Shown here piece after piece: positions 1-12,000 of a DNA stretch of 36,632 nt. Origin of the DNA: Reclinomonas americana ATCC 50394 (taxonomy: Eukaryota); NCBI GenBank assembly GCA_048213135.1, contig PS015151.1:1810-38441 (forward strand). Direction: 5' to 3'. The notes under the pieces were generated by a model that saw only the letters and a program-made list of their open reading frames with translations, ran no database searches and had not been told where the DNA came from. The translations under genes and the position numbers were made by a program. Each line of letters starts with the position of its first letter. Positions within the stretch are counted from its first letter, which is position 1.

Positions 1-2965
1 GGTCACGGCGAGTGCGCCATTGATGGTTCGCGCGATCCCTGTTGGCAGTGCGACCGTGCGGGAAGTACTTGTGCAGCAGCATCTGGCAGCCCTGCGTGAA
101 ATCGGGGCAGTTGCCGTCGTCGAGTCGGTCAGTGATGGCAGCCAACAAGCCGCCCAGATCCGCATCGGCAATGGCCGCCTCGTAGTCGATCATGTCTGTC
201 GAATGCACGTGTGAGACAGCGAGTCGTGATGCACTGACTGGCATAAGTGCAACTCACCGTGTGACGAGTGGAAAGCATCCAGCAGGCGCACGCACTCCGC
301 CAGCGACTGCATGCCGACCTCGGACTGGGAGCGGACGTACAAATAGTTACGCACGTCGTGCATGTACTCGCCCACCAGACGGAAGCCGTGGTTTTCGGCA
401 AACGAATTGCGCGCATGCTTGCGGGCAGCTGTCGCCGTTCCTCGTGCGCCAGAGTCGCCTGAATCCAACGGTTGGTGAGCACAAGGAACACTACTGGGTG
501 CGCAAACAAGGCCAAGGCACGCAACGAACGAGAGCCGTGAGGCAATTCGCAATGTGTGCGATTTCCGTGTCGAAACGCTCCGGCACATTTTGTTCACTCG
601 GCTCGCCACTATGCATGCAAAAGAGAGTTGAGCTCATCAACATGAGAACGAACGAGTTGACAAGACAGAATACACACCGCGCAGTCGTCTTCCAGCGCAT
701 GAGCATGCTGGCCACCAAGTCGTACTGCTGCACAGCCTGCATCGTGTCGCAACAAAATAATCAGCACACTTGTGCATCGACAAAGTCGAGAGACGGATAA
801 ATAACAGACCTCTGCCGACAGCGGATCGACCTGGCCCAGGTGACCGAGGCACTGAACGGCCTTGAGCGACACGTACGCGTCATCGCGAGCCACGTCGTAC
901 ATCTCGTCGCTATGCTGCGCGTGCGTGCGATCACCGGCCGCCGCCAGGAACGACAGCGCTGGAATGCCGCCGTCTTTGAAGACGTACTTGGCATTTGGCT
1001 CGTTGCCTGTGACGAGAGAGTGAGGGATGGGGACAGCGAGTGCGTGGGAGGGCCATGATGAACTACGCACCCTCACACGCCACGAAAATCAGCTCAGTGG
1101 CGACCGCCGTCTCCCATTCGGCTTGCGGTGAGCGGTTCAGCAGCATGCTGTACGGGAAGTGGGGTGTAAGTTGTTGCATTCGACAAGCAAACACACAAAC
1201 GCATCGTCCACTCACCTGCCGACGACAGCTTTGCTGGTTGACTGCTTGCGCGACTTGCGCTCACGCAGAAGCATGGTGGCGTGCACTGAATCGAACTCAT
1301 CTTGCGTCATGACAGCCATGCTGCAAGAGGAGGGGAGTTAAAAATCGACAAGGGACAAGAAAATGTACCACACACAACACCGACCTCAGATCCTTGCGCA
1401 GTGGCGGGCGAATGGATCCTTTTGTCTCGGTGGCCGTGGGGTGAATCACATGGCGCGTGTCGAAGCGACGTGGATCGCCCTGGCGACGGCGGCTGAAACG
1501 GTGCGGCCGATGACCAAGGTGCTCCGACAGTTCCTTGTCGTGGCTAAAGTGCGCCGTGGCACTCATGGCCAACTGCACGCGATACTGATCCTGCTCTGTC
1601 TGGTTGCGCTCGCCGACACGCGGGGGAATGTTGTGCATTCTGCAAGGGGGGGCAAGGGTGAGGACCAGCCGATGTGAAGAAAGATGAGGGCGTGCGGCGA
1701 GGACGCAACTCATGCTGCACCGGCTCCGACAGGTACAACTGGGTGATGCACCACCGGAGCCCCTCGCCAGTGCGGAATCGCGTCTGGTTGTCTTGATGTT
1801 GGTCTGTGTGTGGGGGGCATTATGATGAGCATTTTTCGTGCAGCAGGCGCAGTCTTTCAAACACGCACCCTTCATCAGCAAGTAGAGCACGGCAGCCGAC
1901 AAACGCTTGATCTCCGGCCCATCCATGTAGCCCTTGCCGGCGAGCACGCGCACCAGGTTCTCGACCAGACCGGCCCTGCCAAGCGCCGTCTGCGCATTCA
2001 CCACTGCACGCAACGCGTACACACCCGTGAGCAAGCCACACTCACAAACGACACACTCTGGGCGCGCGATCGCAACTGTACGGGCGAATCTGCAGCGACT
2101 CCTCGACGAGCATCATGGCCATCGTCCACGGGTGCGGATGCCGCGACTTGATAATAATGTCACTCAACACCGGATACACGCTCGTGTTGTGGAAGACATC
2201 GGGCAGCGTGTCTTCGTGAGCCTCACTGACCGTTGTCTGCCGGGGGGAGTGATGAGACAGTGATGACGAAGACAGAGTGACAGAAGGAAGACAAAGACTG
2301 AAGACCGAGAAGATCATCGTGAGTGGAAACAACACAGATTCGATGCGCTGAGTGACGAGAAAGCATCGCAAGTGAGACGCTGAGTAGCGCAGTGACTGGA
2401 AGGGAGCAAAAGGCATGATAGTGGAGTGGCACGGAATCGATGAGCCGTGATGACGACCGGAAAAATGCACCTCACTGGGAAACAGAGCAGCGACATGCGA
2501 CACACACTCTCACTCACTCTCACACTCTCACTCTCTCTCTCTCACACACACACACACCTTAGGCGCATCACGCTGATTGTAGGCGACCTCAAACTCATGT
2601 CGCTGTCGCTTGAGATCATACAACAACTCGCCCATTTGATGCGGAGTCAGCTCCTTGCGCTGTCGACCAAGAAGCACCTGTCACACAACACAAACACAAA
2701 GAGACACATAAAGAGGAAAGAGAGTGAGAATCATGTCATTGAGAAGAGTAACCGCTCTCGGAGTCCTGACGAAATGCGCGTGTTTTCTCTTCTCTCTCTC
2801 TCTCTGTGTGCTTACCTGCAACTGGCGTAAGTCTTCAATGATTGCGCACTGGCACTGGACCTCGTCTGAGCGTGTGGAGAGCACGACATTGTCGAGTGGG
2901 CGAGAGGTGCTGGTGCCCATCGCTCGGAAACTCTCTTTCGTGTGGTTTTTGCCAACTTCGGACAT
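1..2965 (-). CDS. Multi-exon armadillo/ARM-repeat-like helical protein, apparently 3' truncated by the window edge
   Basis: Joining GT..AG-bounded exons gives helical ARM-like segments: VNAQTALGRAGLVENLVRVL...IKRLSAAVLYLLMKDQHQDNQ, ETAVATELIFVACEGNEPNAKYVFKDGGIPALSFL, YVSLKAVQCLGHLGQ. The frame is open to position 1. The ATG at 2965 and the exons between 2240 and 2560 are uncertain. Confidence 0.6.
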
Positions 2966-3382
2966 GATGATGAGGTGCGGGACATGGCGGCGTAAAGGAG
3001 TGCTATCTTTGAGCGTATAAGTGTGTGTGTGTGTGTGTGTGGCAGTCGCGTGGCCGACGAAGGATGGGCGAAGAGAAGGAGAGATGAGAAATGAAAGCAC
3101 GAAAGAAGTTCGACGTCGAAGTCGTCGTAATTCGAGAAGCTGCGGCCTGTGCGGGTACAAGCGACAGACTCCTACAACGATTCAAGTAACTGTTGCTTTG
3201 CCATCAGGATTGCAACTGGTGAATTCGATGGTGCTGTCTCTGTTAAATGCAGCTCACGTTGCTCCCCACTTCCCGCTTCCCTCTCCATCACTCGTACAGT
3301 GTATATTATCATTATCATTATGGCGTTCACATTGTTTCATGGAATCCTTGCTACTTGTACAACTATTCTCTCTCTTTCCTTT

Positions 3383-4882
3383 TCAGCACATGTCCACCGC
3401 CTGGTGGTCGTCGGGAACGCTGCCGGGAATGAGGTCGCTCTCCGTGTCGCTCGACCCCGTCTCAATGTCACTGTCACCCGCGTGCTGGTGGTGGTGGCCC
3501 TTGCCGGCGTGGATGACGGCCGACGGGTGCGCCGCGTACTCCTGGTGCTTCGCCTGCTGCGGCTGCACGACCACCGGCACCAGTGGCTGGCGACGGCTGT
3601 TGGCCGAGGTCGGGCGCGACGACGACACGGTCTTGCACGAGTGGTGGTGGGCGACGACCGAGGTGCGCGGCGTGGAAAACACCGAATCGGGTGCCGTGGC
3701 GCTGGCGTCGTCGGCATCGCTGCACGTGGTCGACGTGGCGGTGAAGGCGCCACCGTTGTTGGTGGACGCCGCCGCCTGCTGCCCGGCTTGTGTGGCGACG
3801 GCCATGAGCGGTGCGCTCTGCTGCACCACGTCCGTCACCCACTCGTCAATGCGCTCAAACAGCGTCTCCACACGCTCCAGCTCGTGTCGCACCCATCGCG
3901 GTTCCGTGCTGAGCACGTCCAGGTATGAGTCGTGGCGGCGAATGCCCGTCTGTGAGGGGAAGAGGGATGAGATGAAACTGCGATGATGGTGGAAGACCAA
4001 CAACAAAGACGCGAGTGATGGGGCAGCACCAACCTCGGGATCAATGACCTCGTGACCGCGGGTGAGCAGCAGCAACTTTGGCCGCAACACGTCCATGCTG
4101 CGCTTCAGCTCCTCGATCGACGGCACCGGCTCGTGATCGACGGCCGCATTGGGCGCAGCATCGCGTGCCGCCGCCACCGTGATGCCATTGGTGCGCGCCC
4201 CGAAATCGCTCTGCTGCTTGGCCAGCAACTGCATGCGTCGCTGATCGCTGAGTCGGTGCAAGATACGCTCCGTCGTCTCCCGCTCCAGCTTGCTCGCCTG
4301 CTTCCACGGCTGCGACGCCGCCGTCTCCACCTCGGCCTGCCACGTCGACGACGCCTGCGAGTGCACCGATCGCATCGACGTGCCATGCGCGTGATAACCA
4401 GGCACACGAGCGCCGCCTTGCGTCGCCAAGAACTGGGGCGTCGTCTGCTGCTTCGACATGGCGGCCGCATGCGGATGCTGCGGTCGTACTTGCTGGCGAT
4501 GCGGGAGGCCCGAGTGCGTCGTGGCGCGGACTACCGGCGCCGGTGCTTGAGGGGACACCGATTGCTGTTGAGTGTCACGTGGCGAGCTGCGCGATGATCG
4601 ACGGTGCCCGCTGTCCGGCACACTGTCACGCGAGGCACGCTGTCGCTGCTGCTGTTGCTGCTGTTGTTGTTGTGCTGGCGGAACGACAATCGATCTTTGC
4701 GAGGCCACCTCAGTGACCGCGCCCGAGATGGTCTCCTCACCACCACGAGTGCCATACTGTTGCTGGTGTTGCTGCTGCTGCTGCTGCTGCTGTGCTTGCA
4801 GCTGCTGGTGCGGCTGTCGTTGTTGCATGTGCGCAGGGGTAAAGGCCACTGTCCGTGTGCCGACGCTGTGCTTGCAACCCAT
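3383..4882 (-). CDS. Gln/Ser-rich hypothetical protein (~471 aa) with predicted N-myristoylation/palmitoylation N-terminus (MGCKHS)
   Basis: Long ORF 3383-5020; the first in-frame ATG at 4882 gives MGCKHS. PolyQ tracts. One likely in-frame 84-nt intron at 3950-4033 (GAG|GTTGGT...CCCCTCACAG|ACG). Confidence 0.65.
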   Translation of the reverse strand: MGCKHSVGTRTVAFTPAHMQQRQPHQQLQAQQQQQQQQHQQQYGTRGGEETISGAVTEVASQRSIVVPPAQQQQQQQQQRQRASRDSVPDSGHRRSSRSSPRDTQQQSVSPQAPAPVVRATTHSGLPHRQQVRPQHPHAAAMSKQQTTPQFLATQGGARVPGYHAHGTSMRSVHSQASSTWQAEVETAASQPWKQASKLERETTERILHRLSDQRRMQLLAKQQSDFGARTNGITVAAARDAAPNAAVDHEPVPSIEELKRSMDVLRPKLLLLTRGHEVIDPEVGAAPSLASLLLVFHHHRSFISSLFPSQTGIRRHDSYLDVLSTEPRWVRHELERVETLFERIDEWVTDVVQQSAPLMAVATQAGQQAAASTNNGGAFTATSTTCSDADDASATAPDSVFSTPRTSVVAHHHSCKTVSSSRPTSANSRRQPLVPVVVQPQQAKHQEYAAHPSAVIHAGKGHHHQHAGDSDIETGSSDTESDLIPGSVPDDHQAVDMC

Positions 4883-5271
4883 GTGATCGTTGAGGAATGT
4901 GTGGGAGGATGTGTTTAGGGGGTGTGTGGGGTGTGCTTGGTCAGTGCTCGCGTCCCACGGAGTAAAAAAACAGTAAGGCTGTGGCGGTAAACCACCACAC
5001 TGACATTCCCCAGCATCCAAGGGCCAACGAAAAAATTAACCGTCAAACCACCCAGAAATAGGGCCGCAGCTGTGTGAGAGATGTGAGGGTGTTAAGAGTG
5101 TGTGTGTGCGTGTGAGTGAGAGTGAGGGAGGAGAGTGGCGTCATGGCGGTGTGCGTGAGCGAGAGAGTGTGTGTGAGTGTGGGCGTGCCGGGCCAATTGT
5201 CTCAAAAACCAATTTGTCCAACAATAATAAAAATGCAGCTTTTCTTCTGCCCGGTGATGAGAGTACGTTCA

Positions 5272-6753
5272 TTAGAAAATCTTGGCATACCCACGATGCG
5301 GCCACCGCTTGGCGGCGACCACCAGCAGCAGCACACTGAGTGCCAGCGACAATGCCAGCGTGCCGGCCGCAATCTGAAAGTACGTGGCGTAGCAGTGGCG
5401 GCCGTAGCAGAGCAGCGTGACGGGATCGGCCTCGCGGTCGTACAGCGCGCCTGACACGGCGTCAAAGACGACGGGGCCGACGGCCACGGGAGCGGTAAAG
5501 ATGGAGAGCAGGGCGATGAAGGAGAGGCGGTCTTGCTCCATCACATCGCGTGGCACCGCGCGACCCGGGAAGGCAAAGTCGACCACCAGCGTCCAGCTGG
5601 CGCCATACGCAAAGGCATTCATGCTCGTCAGCACGTACATCAAGGTCACGCCGTTGGCGAGCCACGCCACCACCGACACTGTCAAGTGCAAGAAGCAGAT
5701 GGTGATAAGCGCCACGTGGCCGTGCCACGCAGGCGCGTGCTCGTGCATCCACAGCGAGCCCAAGGTGCGGCCGGCAAGCTGGCCGGCACAAAACACGAGA
5801 AACATGTAGGTGACGTCGTGCCGATTGCCGCCCATCGACAGCACCATGGCGCCCATGTTGTTGGTGAAGTTGATGCCGACGGCGAACACCACATTCAGCA
5901 CCAGCAGCACCACGTACACCATCGGCTGCGTGAACATCACACGGTACTCGCGCAACGCCTCCTTCAGCAGGTTCGTGCCGTCGCTCCCCGCGGGCTGGGC
6001 GGCGGTGGCAGCAGCGCCCTCTGCCGCGCTCTGCTCAACGTCGCCCGCGTTTGTCGACCCCGCGGCTGTCGGCAACAACTTGCGGCGCTCCGTCGTGCCG
6101 CCGGTCTCGTGCTTGTACGAGACTGCGAACCACCACGAGGTGGTGGCCACGCACACCAACTGCAGCGTGCCAAAGATGACAAACGTCACCGCCAACTTGG
6201 TGCGCACGTGCGCCTCCGTGTCGAGAAACGTGTACATCACGGCGGCCACGGCGCCGGTGAGCGCATACGAACTCAAATACGCATGCTGCACCATGCGCCG
6301 CTGCGCCGGCACGTCACTGTCCCTGCTGGCCACGTTCATCGCGGGCCCACACAGCGAGACCTCGCCAATGCCCATCAGCGCAATGGCGATGCCAAGCGGC
6401 GCAGCAGCAGTCGGCGCCAGCCACATGCCCAGTGCGCCCGTGAACCAGCCGACTAACACGGCCACCTTGGCGATCAGCACGGTGGCGCGAGGGAATCGCG
6501 AGCCCAGCGGCCACAGAAACAGCTGCGAGGCACAGCCGGCGAGGTAGCCAATGGAGCAGAGCACGTTGGTCAGCTTCTGTGTGAACTCGCCGGCCGTCTT
6601 CAGATCGGCGGCAAAGGCGCCAATCGAGTAAAAGAGGCCGCCTGTCACCGCCAGGAAAGGCAGGCCAAAGTTGGCCAGGCGGCGCAGGTGTGGCGGATTC
6701 CCGCGCCCTTCTGCCGGCGTCGTGGAAGACACGGTGTCTCCTCCCCCAGTCAT
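5272..6753 (-). CDS. Major facilitator superfamily transporter, nodulin-like (NFD4/Mch1-type), 493 aa, intronless
   Basis: Two hydrophobic bundles of about 6 helices separated by a hydrophilic loop. AGQLAGRTLGSL motif in the second half and C-terminal GALYDREA...LCYGRHCY, typical of nodulin-like MFS proteins. Confidence 0.8.
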   Translation of the reverse strand: MTGGGDTVSSTTPAEGRGNPPHLRRLANFGLPFLAVTGGLFYSIGAFAADLKTAGEFTQKLTNVLCSIGYLAGCASQLFLWPLGSRFPRATVLIAKVAVLVGWFTGALGMWLAPTAAAPLGIAIALMGIGEVSLCGPAMNVASRDSDVPAQRRMVQHAYLSSYALTGAVAAVMYTFLDTEAHVRTKLAVTFVIFGTLQLVCVATTSWWFAVSYKHETGGTTERRKLLPTAAGSTNAGDVEQSAAEGAAATAAQPAGSDGTNLLKEALREYRVMFTQPMVYVVLLVLNVVFAVGINFTNNMGAMVLSMGGNRHDVTYMFLVFCAGQLAGRTLGSLWMHEHAPAWHGHVALITICFLHLTVSVVAWLANGVTLMYVLTSMNAFAYGASWTLVVDFAFPGRAVPRDVMEQDRLSFIALLSIFTAPVAVGPVVFDAVSGALYDREADPVTLLCYGRHCYATYFQIAAGTLALSLALSVLLLVVAAKRWPHRGYAKIF

Positions 6754-7686
6754 CTCTCACGCAGCAGTCAGTACTTGTCAGATTGCGACGACGTATCGTC
6801 GGGTTGCCGCGTTGTCGGGTTTCAGGCGGAGAGGCAAACCCGGCGCAGGGTGTTTTTTCGGGCGGCACCTAGAGTGCTGCCGGCAGGGCGCTGTGAGTGT
6901 GTGGGAAAATAAAATGGATTGTGGACCGAGGACACACTGGCGAGACGTTCGTTGGCAACTGCGGTTGGGGATTTTTTCTCTGTGACGTGAATCTCATGTG
7001 GAGGTGCATGGAGGGCTTGTGGTGCATGCATTTGCAGAGTGGTTGCGAATGGCGGCGTTGGCTTGGATGTCGACGTCGACGTCGAAGACATTATCTATGG
7101 AAGTCTGGTGAGCACGGTCGTCGGCGACAGCAGGCCCCTAAGCTTCTTCACGCGCAGCTGGTGCTGACTAGATCCGTGCAGCTGCCGTGGTCGACGTGAG
7201 CCACTCGCTGCAGCATACCCGATTTGGCAACTTCGAATTCGAACACGACCTGTCGAACTCGTGATTTGTTGGCTTGTTGACGGGTCGACACCGCGCTGCC
7301 GCATCCCACAACCGTCCCCTGCACGGGCACCGACATAACATGCCGTCGTATTCATCAGGATCCACTCACACAACCATGCGAACTTAGCACAAGCAAAAGT
7401 CGTAAGAATTTTTCGCCGAAAGGCGACCAGAGCGACTGTGGTCGGGTTGAGATGCGTTGGCGCTTGATCGCGCCAGCGCTACTCCCCGATCACAATAAAC
7501 ACCCACTGGGAAATAAAAGCGAAAAGACTTGCGATCAGCACGAATTCATGGTCGTCCGACGAATTCGAACCGGCCACGGCAATTTCGTTGACGCTTCCTT
7601 CTTTCTCTAGTCCAACCGTGCTCCAAGAGCCAGCACAATCGTCAGTCCTGATGGCAGAAGCAGCAGGGTTTCATGAGACTCTTTTG

Positions 7687-8536
7687 NNNNNNNNNNNNNN
7701 NNNNNNNNNNNNNNNNNNNNNNNNNNNNNNNNNNNNNNNNNNNNNNNNNNNNNNNNNNNNNNNNNNNNNNNNNNNNNNNNNNNNNNNNNNNNNNNNNNNN
7801 NNNNNNNNNNNNNNNNNNNNNNNNNNNNNNNNNNNNNNNNNNNNNNNNNNNNNNNNNNNNNNNNNNNNNNNNNNNNNNNNNNNNNNNNNNNNNNNNNNNN
7901 NNNNNNNNNNNNNNNNNNNNNNNNNNNNNNNNNNNNNNNNNNNNNNNNNNNNNNNNNNNNNNNNNNNNNNNNNNNNNNNNNNNNNNNNNNNNNNNNNNNN
8001 NNNNNNNNNNNNNNNNNNNNNNNNNNNNNNNNNNNNNNNNNNNNNNNNNNNNNNNNNNNNNNNNNNNNNNNNNNNNNNNNNNNNNNNNNNNNNNNNNNNN
8101 NNNNNNNNNNNNNNNNNNNNNNNNNNNNNNNNNNNNNNNNNNNNNNNNNNNNNNNNNNNNNNNNNNNNNNNNNNNNNNNNNNNNNNNNNNNNNNNNNNNN
8201 NNNNNNNNNNNNNNNNNNNNNNNNNNNNNNNNNNNNNNNNNNNNNNNNNNNNNNNNNNNNNNNNNNNNNNNNNNNNNNNNNNNNNNNNNNNNNNNNNNNN
8301 NNNNNNNNNNNNNNNNNNNNNNNNNNNNNNNNNNNNNNNNNNNNNNNNNNNNNNNNNNNNNNNNNNNNNNNNNNNNNNNNNNNNNNNNNNNNNNNNNNNN
8401 NNNNNNNNNNNNNNNNNNNNNNNNNNNNNNNNNNNNNNNNNNNNNNNNNNNNNNNNNNNNNNNNNNNNNNNNNNNNNNNNNNNNNNNNNNNNNNNNNNNN
8501 NNNNNNNNNNNNNNNNNNNNNNNNNNNNNNNNNNNN
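7687..8536. other. Assembly gap
   Basis: Run of N. Confidence 1.
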
Positions 8537-9016
8537 TTGTTGTTCACAGTCTTCTCGCAAGCGGGGCTTTGACGAGTCTGCAACGATATCACCGAATTTC
8601 ACGGCGAATGCGAATGTACCTTGGCGCTTGCGAGACGTTGCCTTCTGCAACCCGGACCACAAGCATTTCACGCCCCCACTCGCTAGATGGCTGCACTCGT
8701 CCAGCGCTGCTGTTTGAGTCGCCAGAGCGCTGCGAACTCAATCGACGCCTCAATATCGGTCTCCGTTTTCGGCCAACTCGCGTTTACTTTTCCTCTTCCT
8801 CTTATGCCATGTAAGTGGATATCAATGCGCCACAGATGTACACAAGAGATTAACCGCTGGCATGCCCCCGGCCGAAGCGGTGGAAGATAAATCGACGTCA
8901 GCATGTCCGACTCGAGTGCGCGCGCGCGCGAAAAGCCACTCACTCGCCGTTGCCACAGCGAACATTGCGTCAGTGGCAGGCACACAGACATACACGCACG
9001 CGCGCTCTCTCGCACC

Positions 9017-12000
9017 ATGTCCTTCACTGAGCGCATGCGGCCACCGACGCCGCCACATGGGTGGGGCGAGGTCGACTCGGCTGAAGAAGTTCCCGAACCC
9101 GAACACGCGTACGACGACGTGACTCGCTCCCCGCGCTGGCCTCTCTATCACGTGCGACCCGGTGGCGAAGACGTCGACTATGCCTACTGGGAGTCGTGAG
9201 TGATGCGAGCATGAGAGACAGAGAGAGAGAGAGTCTGAAACTTTTTGCTAACTCGTTGTTGTCACGCTCCTGTCACACACACACTCTTTCTCTCGCTGTG
9301 TGTGTATGCAGTGTTGCTCGACAGATTCAGACGCCACTGTGGGTCTACGTTGCGTTGAGAATGCATGCATGTGTGTGTTGCATCTTATTCTTCTCTCTCT
9401 CTCTCTCCTCCACGTGATTGCTGACGAAGAGAATCACGTCGTGTGCATTCACACAGGATGTGGAGAACATGTGCATGCGATACGCCAACAGAGTTGCGTT
9501 TCACGCAACTTCTCTCTCTGTCTGTCTCTCTCTCACTCTCTCACAACCTGCTCCTCTCTTTCCCCCCTCCTCAGAGCGCCCTCGAGCTGTGGAACTCTCC
9601 ATCACTCGCTGAGCTCCTCAGCCGCTCGTACTCTGATTACTCGGCCGAGGGATTGCGCTTCTTGGAGAAGGCGAGTACAGTTGCAACTCTAGCTGGTGTT
9701 TTCCAGTCTCTCTTTCTCTCGTTGCTGACTTGTTGCAGGTGATGGACGAGTGGCATACACGAATCCCTGTGCCGTGCAACTACACATACAATGTTGCGCT
9801 TTCTCTTGTCCCTCCACTTACACTGAGTGCTGCTGTTGCTGACTGTGTATCGTGTTCTTTGTGCACAGCCCAAGGTGTGCGCTACCAATGTCATCGTTTG
9901 CGTCTGTGCATGTGCCTCATTGTCGCCCGTGCGTCTGTTATAATTAGGGACAACCGGTGCACACGCGCAGTCTGTGGACGCCGTACTTGTCGCTGACTGG
10001 GCGTGCCCTGATCCAAGTCGAGGCCTTGCCGCTGCCTGATGCGATGCGCCACGAACGCTACATGCGACTCCGTGGCGATGGTCAGTGGTGTGCTCACCAC
10101 CTCCCCCTTTTACCCCATGCCTGGTGTATTCATGAGTGGGTTACCTGTGCTGCCGCGCAGTTATTCGTCGCGCTCGCAGCTACTTGTCCGTCTACTGTGA
10201 GGATGGCAGCGCCACGATTCACAACGGTGCTGCGGCACAGGCGCACGATCTCTCCGGCACCGAGTACTACGAGGAGGTGCGCGACGCCACAGAGCCGGTG
10301 CATTTCGAGTGCCGCAATCGCGCCGCCGGGCACACCGAGCGCGTCGAAGAGTGCCCGTGTGCAGCGTGCTCGCCGAACAGCGATTTTTGGCGACACCGAT
10401 TCCTCGCGCACTTGGAGGACCGAGAGGCTGTGGCGCGCCTCGTGCAAGCAGTTGTGTGCTCGTGGCGAGCAGTTGTCGCACGCGCCTGCTGTCTGCTGAC
10501 TTTGTGGGTGTAGGTGTTCGTCGAGGGCACAATCTTTTCTCTGCCTCAAACTCGGGCGCTGATGCCGAGTGGCAGACGGTGCGCTGCGCGACAGGCGTTG
10601 GCCATGAACGATGTGTCTCTTACTCTTTCTTCCATTCCTCCCCAGTTATCACAGCGTGTTCGCGCGACGGCTCTTGCTGCAAGAGAGCGGTCCGCGCTTC
10701 TTCTTGGTGGAGGAGCAGGACGTCACCGACGTGATTGAGCAAACCGGCGCCGTGCACAGCCTATCGAGCGCACTCAGTTTGGTGAAGCAGCCGCTGGCGG
10801 TGGTTCGCATCGCTGTGGATGCCGTGCAGCACTTTGAAGAGGCGCGTCTGACTCACATCTCGAACGTATGTTGTTTGTGACACACACGCCCTCACACGTG
10901 AACACAGACGGCCGACATGGAGGCTCTGTGCAAGGGCTTTGTGGTGCAGTTTGCCAACTCGGCGTTTTGCAAGGAATGCGGCAATTGCGATCCTTCGTGC
11001 CCTGCGTCGCTGACGGGCGAGGCGCTGGCGACTGTCGTGGCTGCCGAGGACGTGGACAGTGTGCTGCTGCACTTGTTGCGCGCAGTGCAGTCGGGCGAAG
11101 AGGTGCCGTATGCTTTCTTGCCAGCAGGAGAGTTCGGCACTCTTCGTCACATCGGTGTCTCCCTATTACAGGCTTCGGTGGAGGCTCGAGTGCGTGCGAT
11201 AGACAAGTGGTGCCTGTTTGAGATCAAGCCGGTACCGCGAGATAGTGTTGCGTCACTGTCGTCGCGAGTGCGTGAAACTTGGCTGGCGCGCTGATCACTC
11301 GCGTGCAGGCACTGCGCAATGAGTCGACGAGCGACAGTCTCATCGTCGAGCTCACCGATCTCAGCGAACGCAAGGCCTCCCAGCGCACCATCACCGTGTA
11401 TGAGGACATTTTCGAGTTGCGTGCTTCACCAATGCCGCGTTTTCTTTCTTCTTCCTTGGCCTCCTTCTCCAATTCCGTCTGCTTCTCCTCCACTTCCTTC
11501 TCGTCCTCCACCTCATCTTCACCCATTTCTCTTCTTCTTCACCCTCAGTCTCCCCTTCTCCCCCTCTCCCCTTTTCTCTCCTTCTCTCTCTCTCCCTCTC
11601 TCTCCCTCTCTCCGTCTCCTCCCCTCTCTCCTTCTCTCTCTGCTCCCCTTCCCTTCAGAGTTCTCATCGCATTCCGCGCAGAAACATCGAGGTCGGCGTC
11701 GTGGTCTTCAACATTGACAACGCGGTGAACTCTGATCTGTCTGGTCAGCACGGATCTTCCGTGTGCGACGTTGACCTCAAGCTCGAGGTTGCCAACAATG
11801 CCTTTCGCCAGTGGCTCGCCCTGCATGGACGTCGCCAGCGACCCAGTGAAGATGCAAGTTGCGCTTGCATTTATTCCTGCACTTTGTTACCGTGGTCGCT
11901 CTCGTCGCCCACTCATTAATTTCGCGCGACTATGTGCAGGCTCGCTGTTGACAGCAGCAGCGGAGATGCGCAGTACCAGTCAGCGACCGAGTCACTCGAG

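Noticed and set aside
2471-2474. Apparent 4-nt microexon TGAG placing an in-frame TGA in the ARM gene (stop-codon reassignment or selenocysteine?)
   Set aside because: An alternative stop-free exon path exists, and TGA, TAG and TAA all act as normal stops in other genes here; the kinases need no readthrough.
7548-7620. tRNA-like 3' end on the minus strand (GGTTCGAATTCGTCGGACGACCA)
   Set aside because: The T-stem is mismatched and no complementary acceptor 5' strand, D-arm or anticodon arm can be formed upstream.
7588-8814. Long ORFs spanning N-runs (also 23103-25785 and 32342-33471)
   Set aside because: Artefacts of translating gaps; only the GSS-matching parts are supported.
11828-11836. 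Possible non-canonical GA-AG intron (CATG|GACGTC) at the position homologous to the HK2 donor
   Set aside because: An in-phase GT donor (C|GTCGCC at 11831) lies 3 nt downstream and resembles the HK2 donor GTCGAC; a 3-nt insertion is the simpler explanation.
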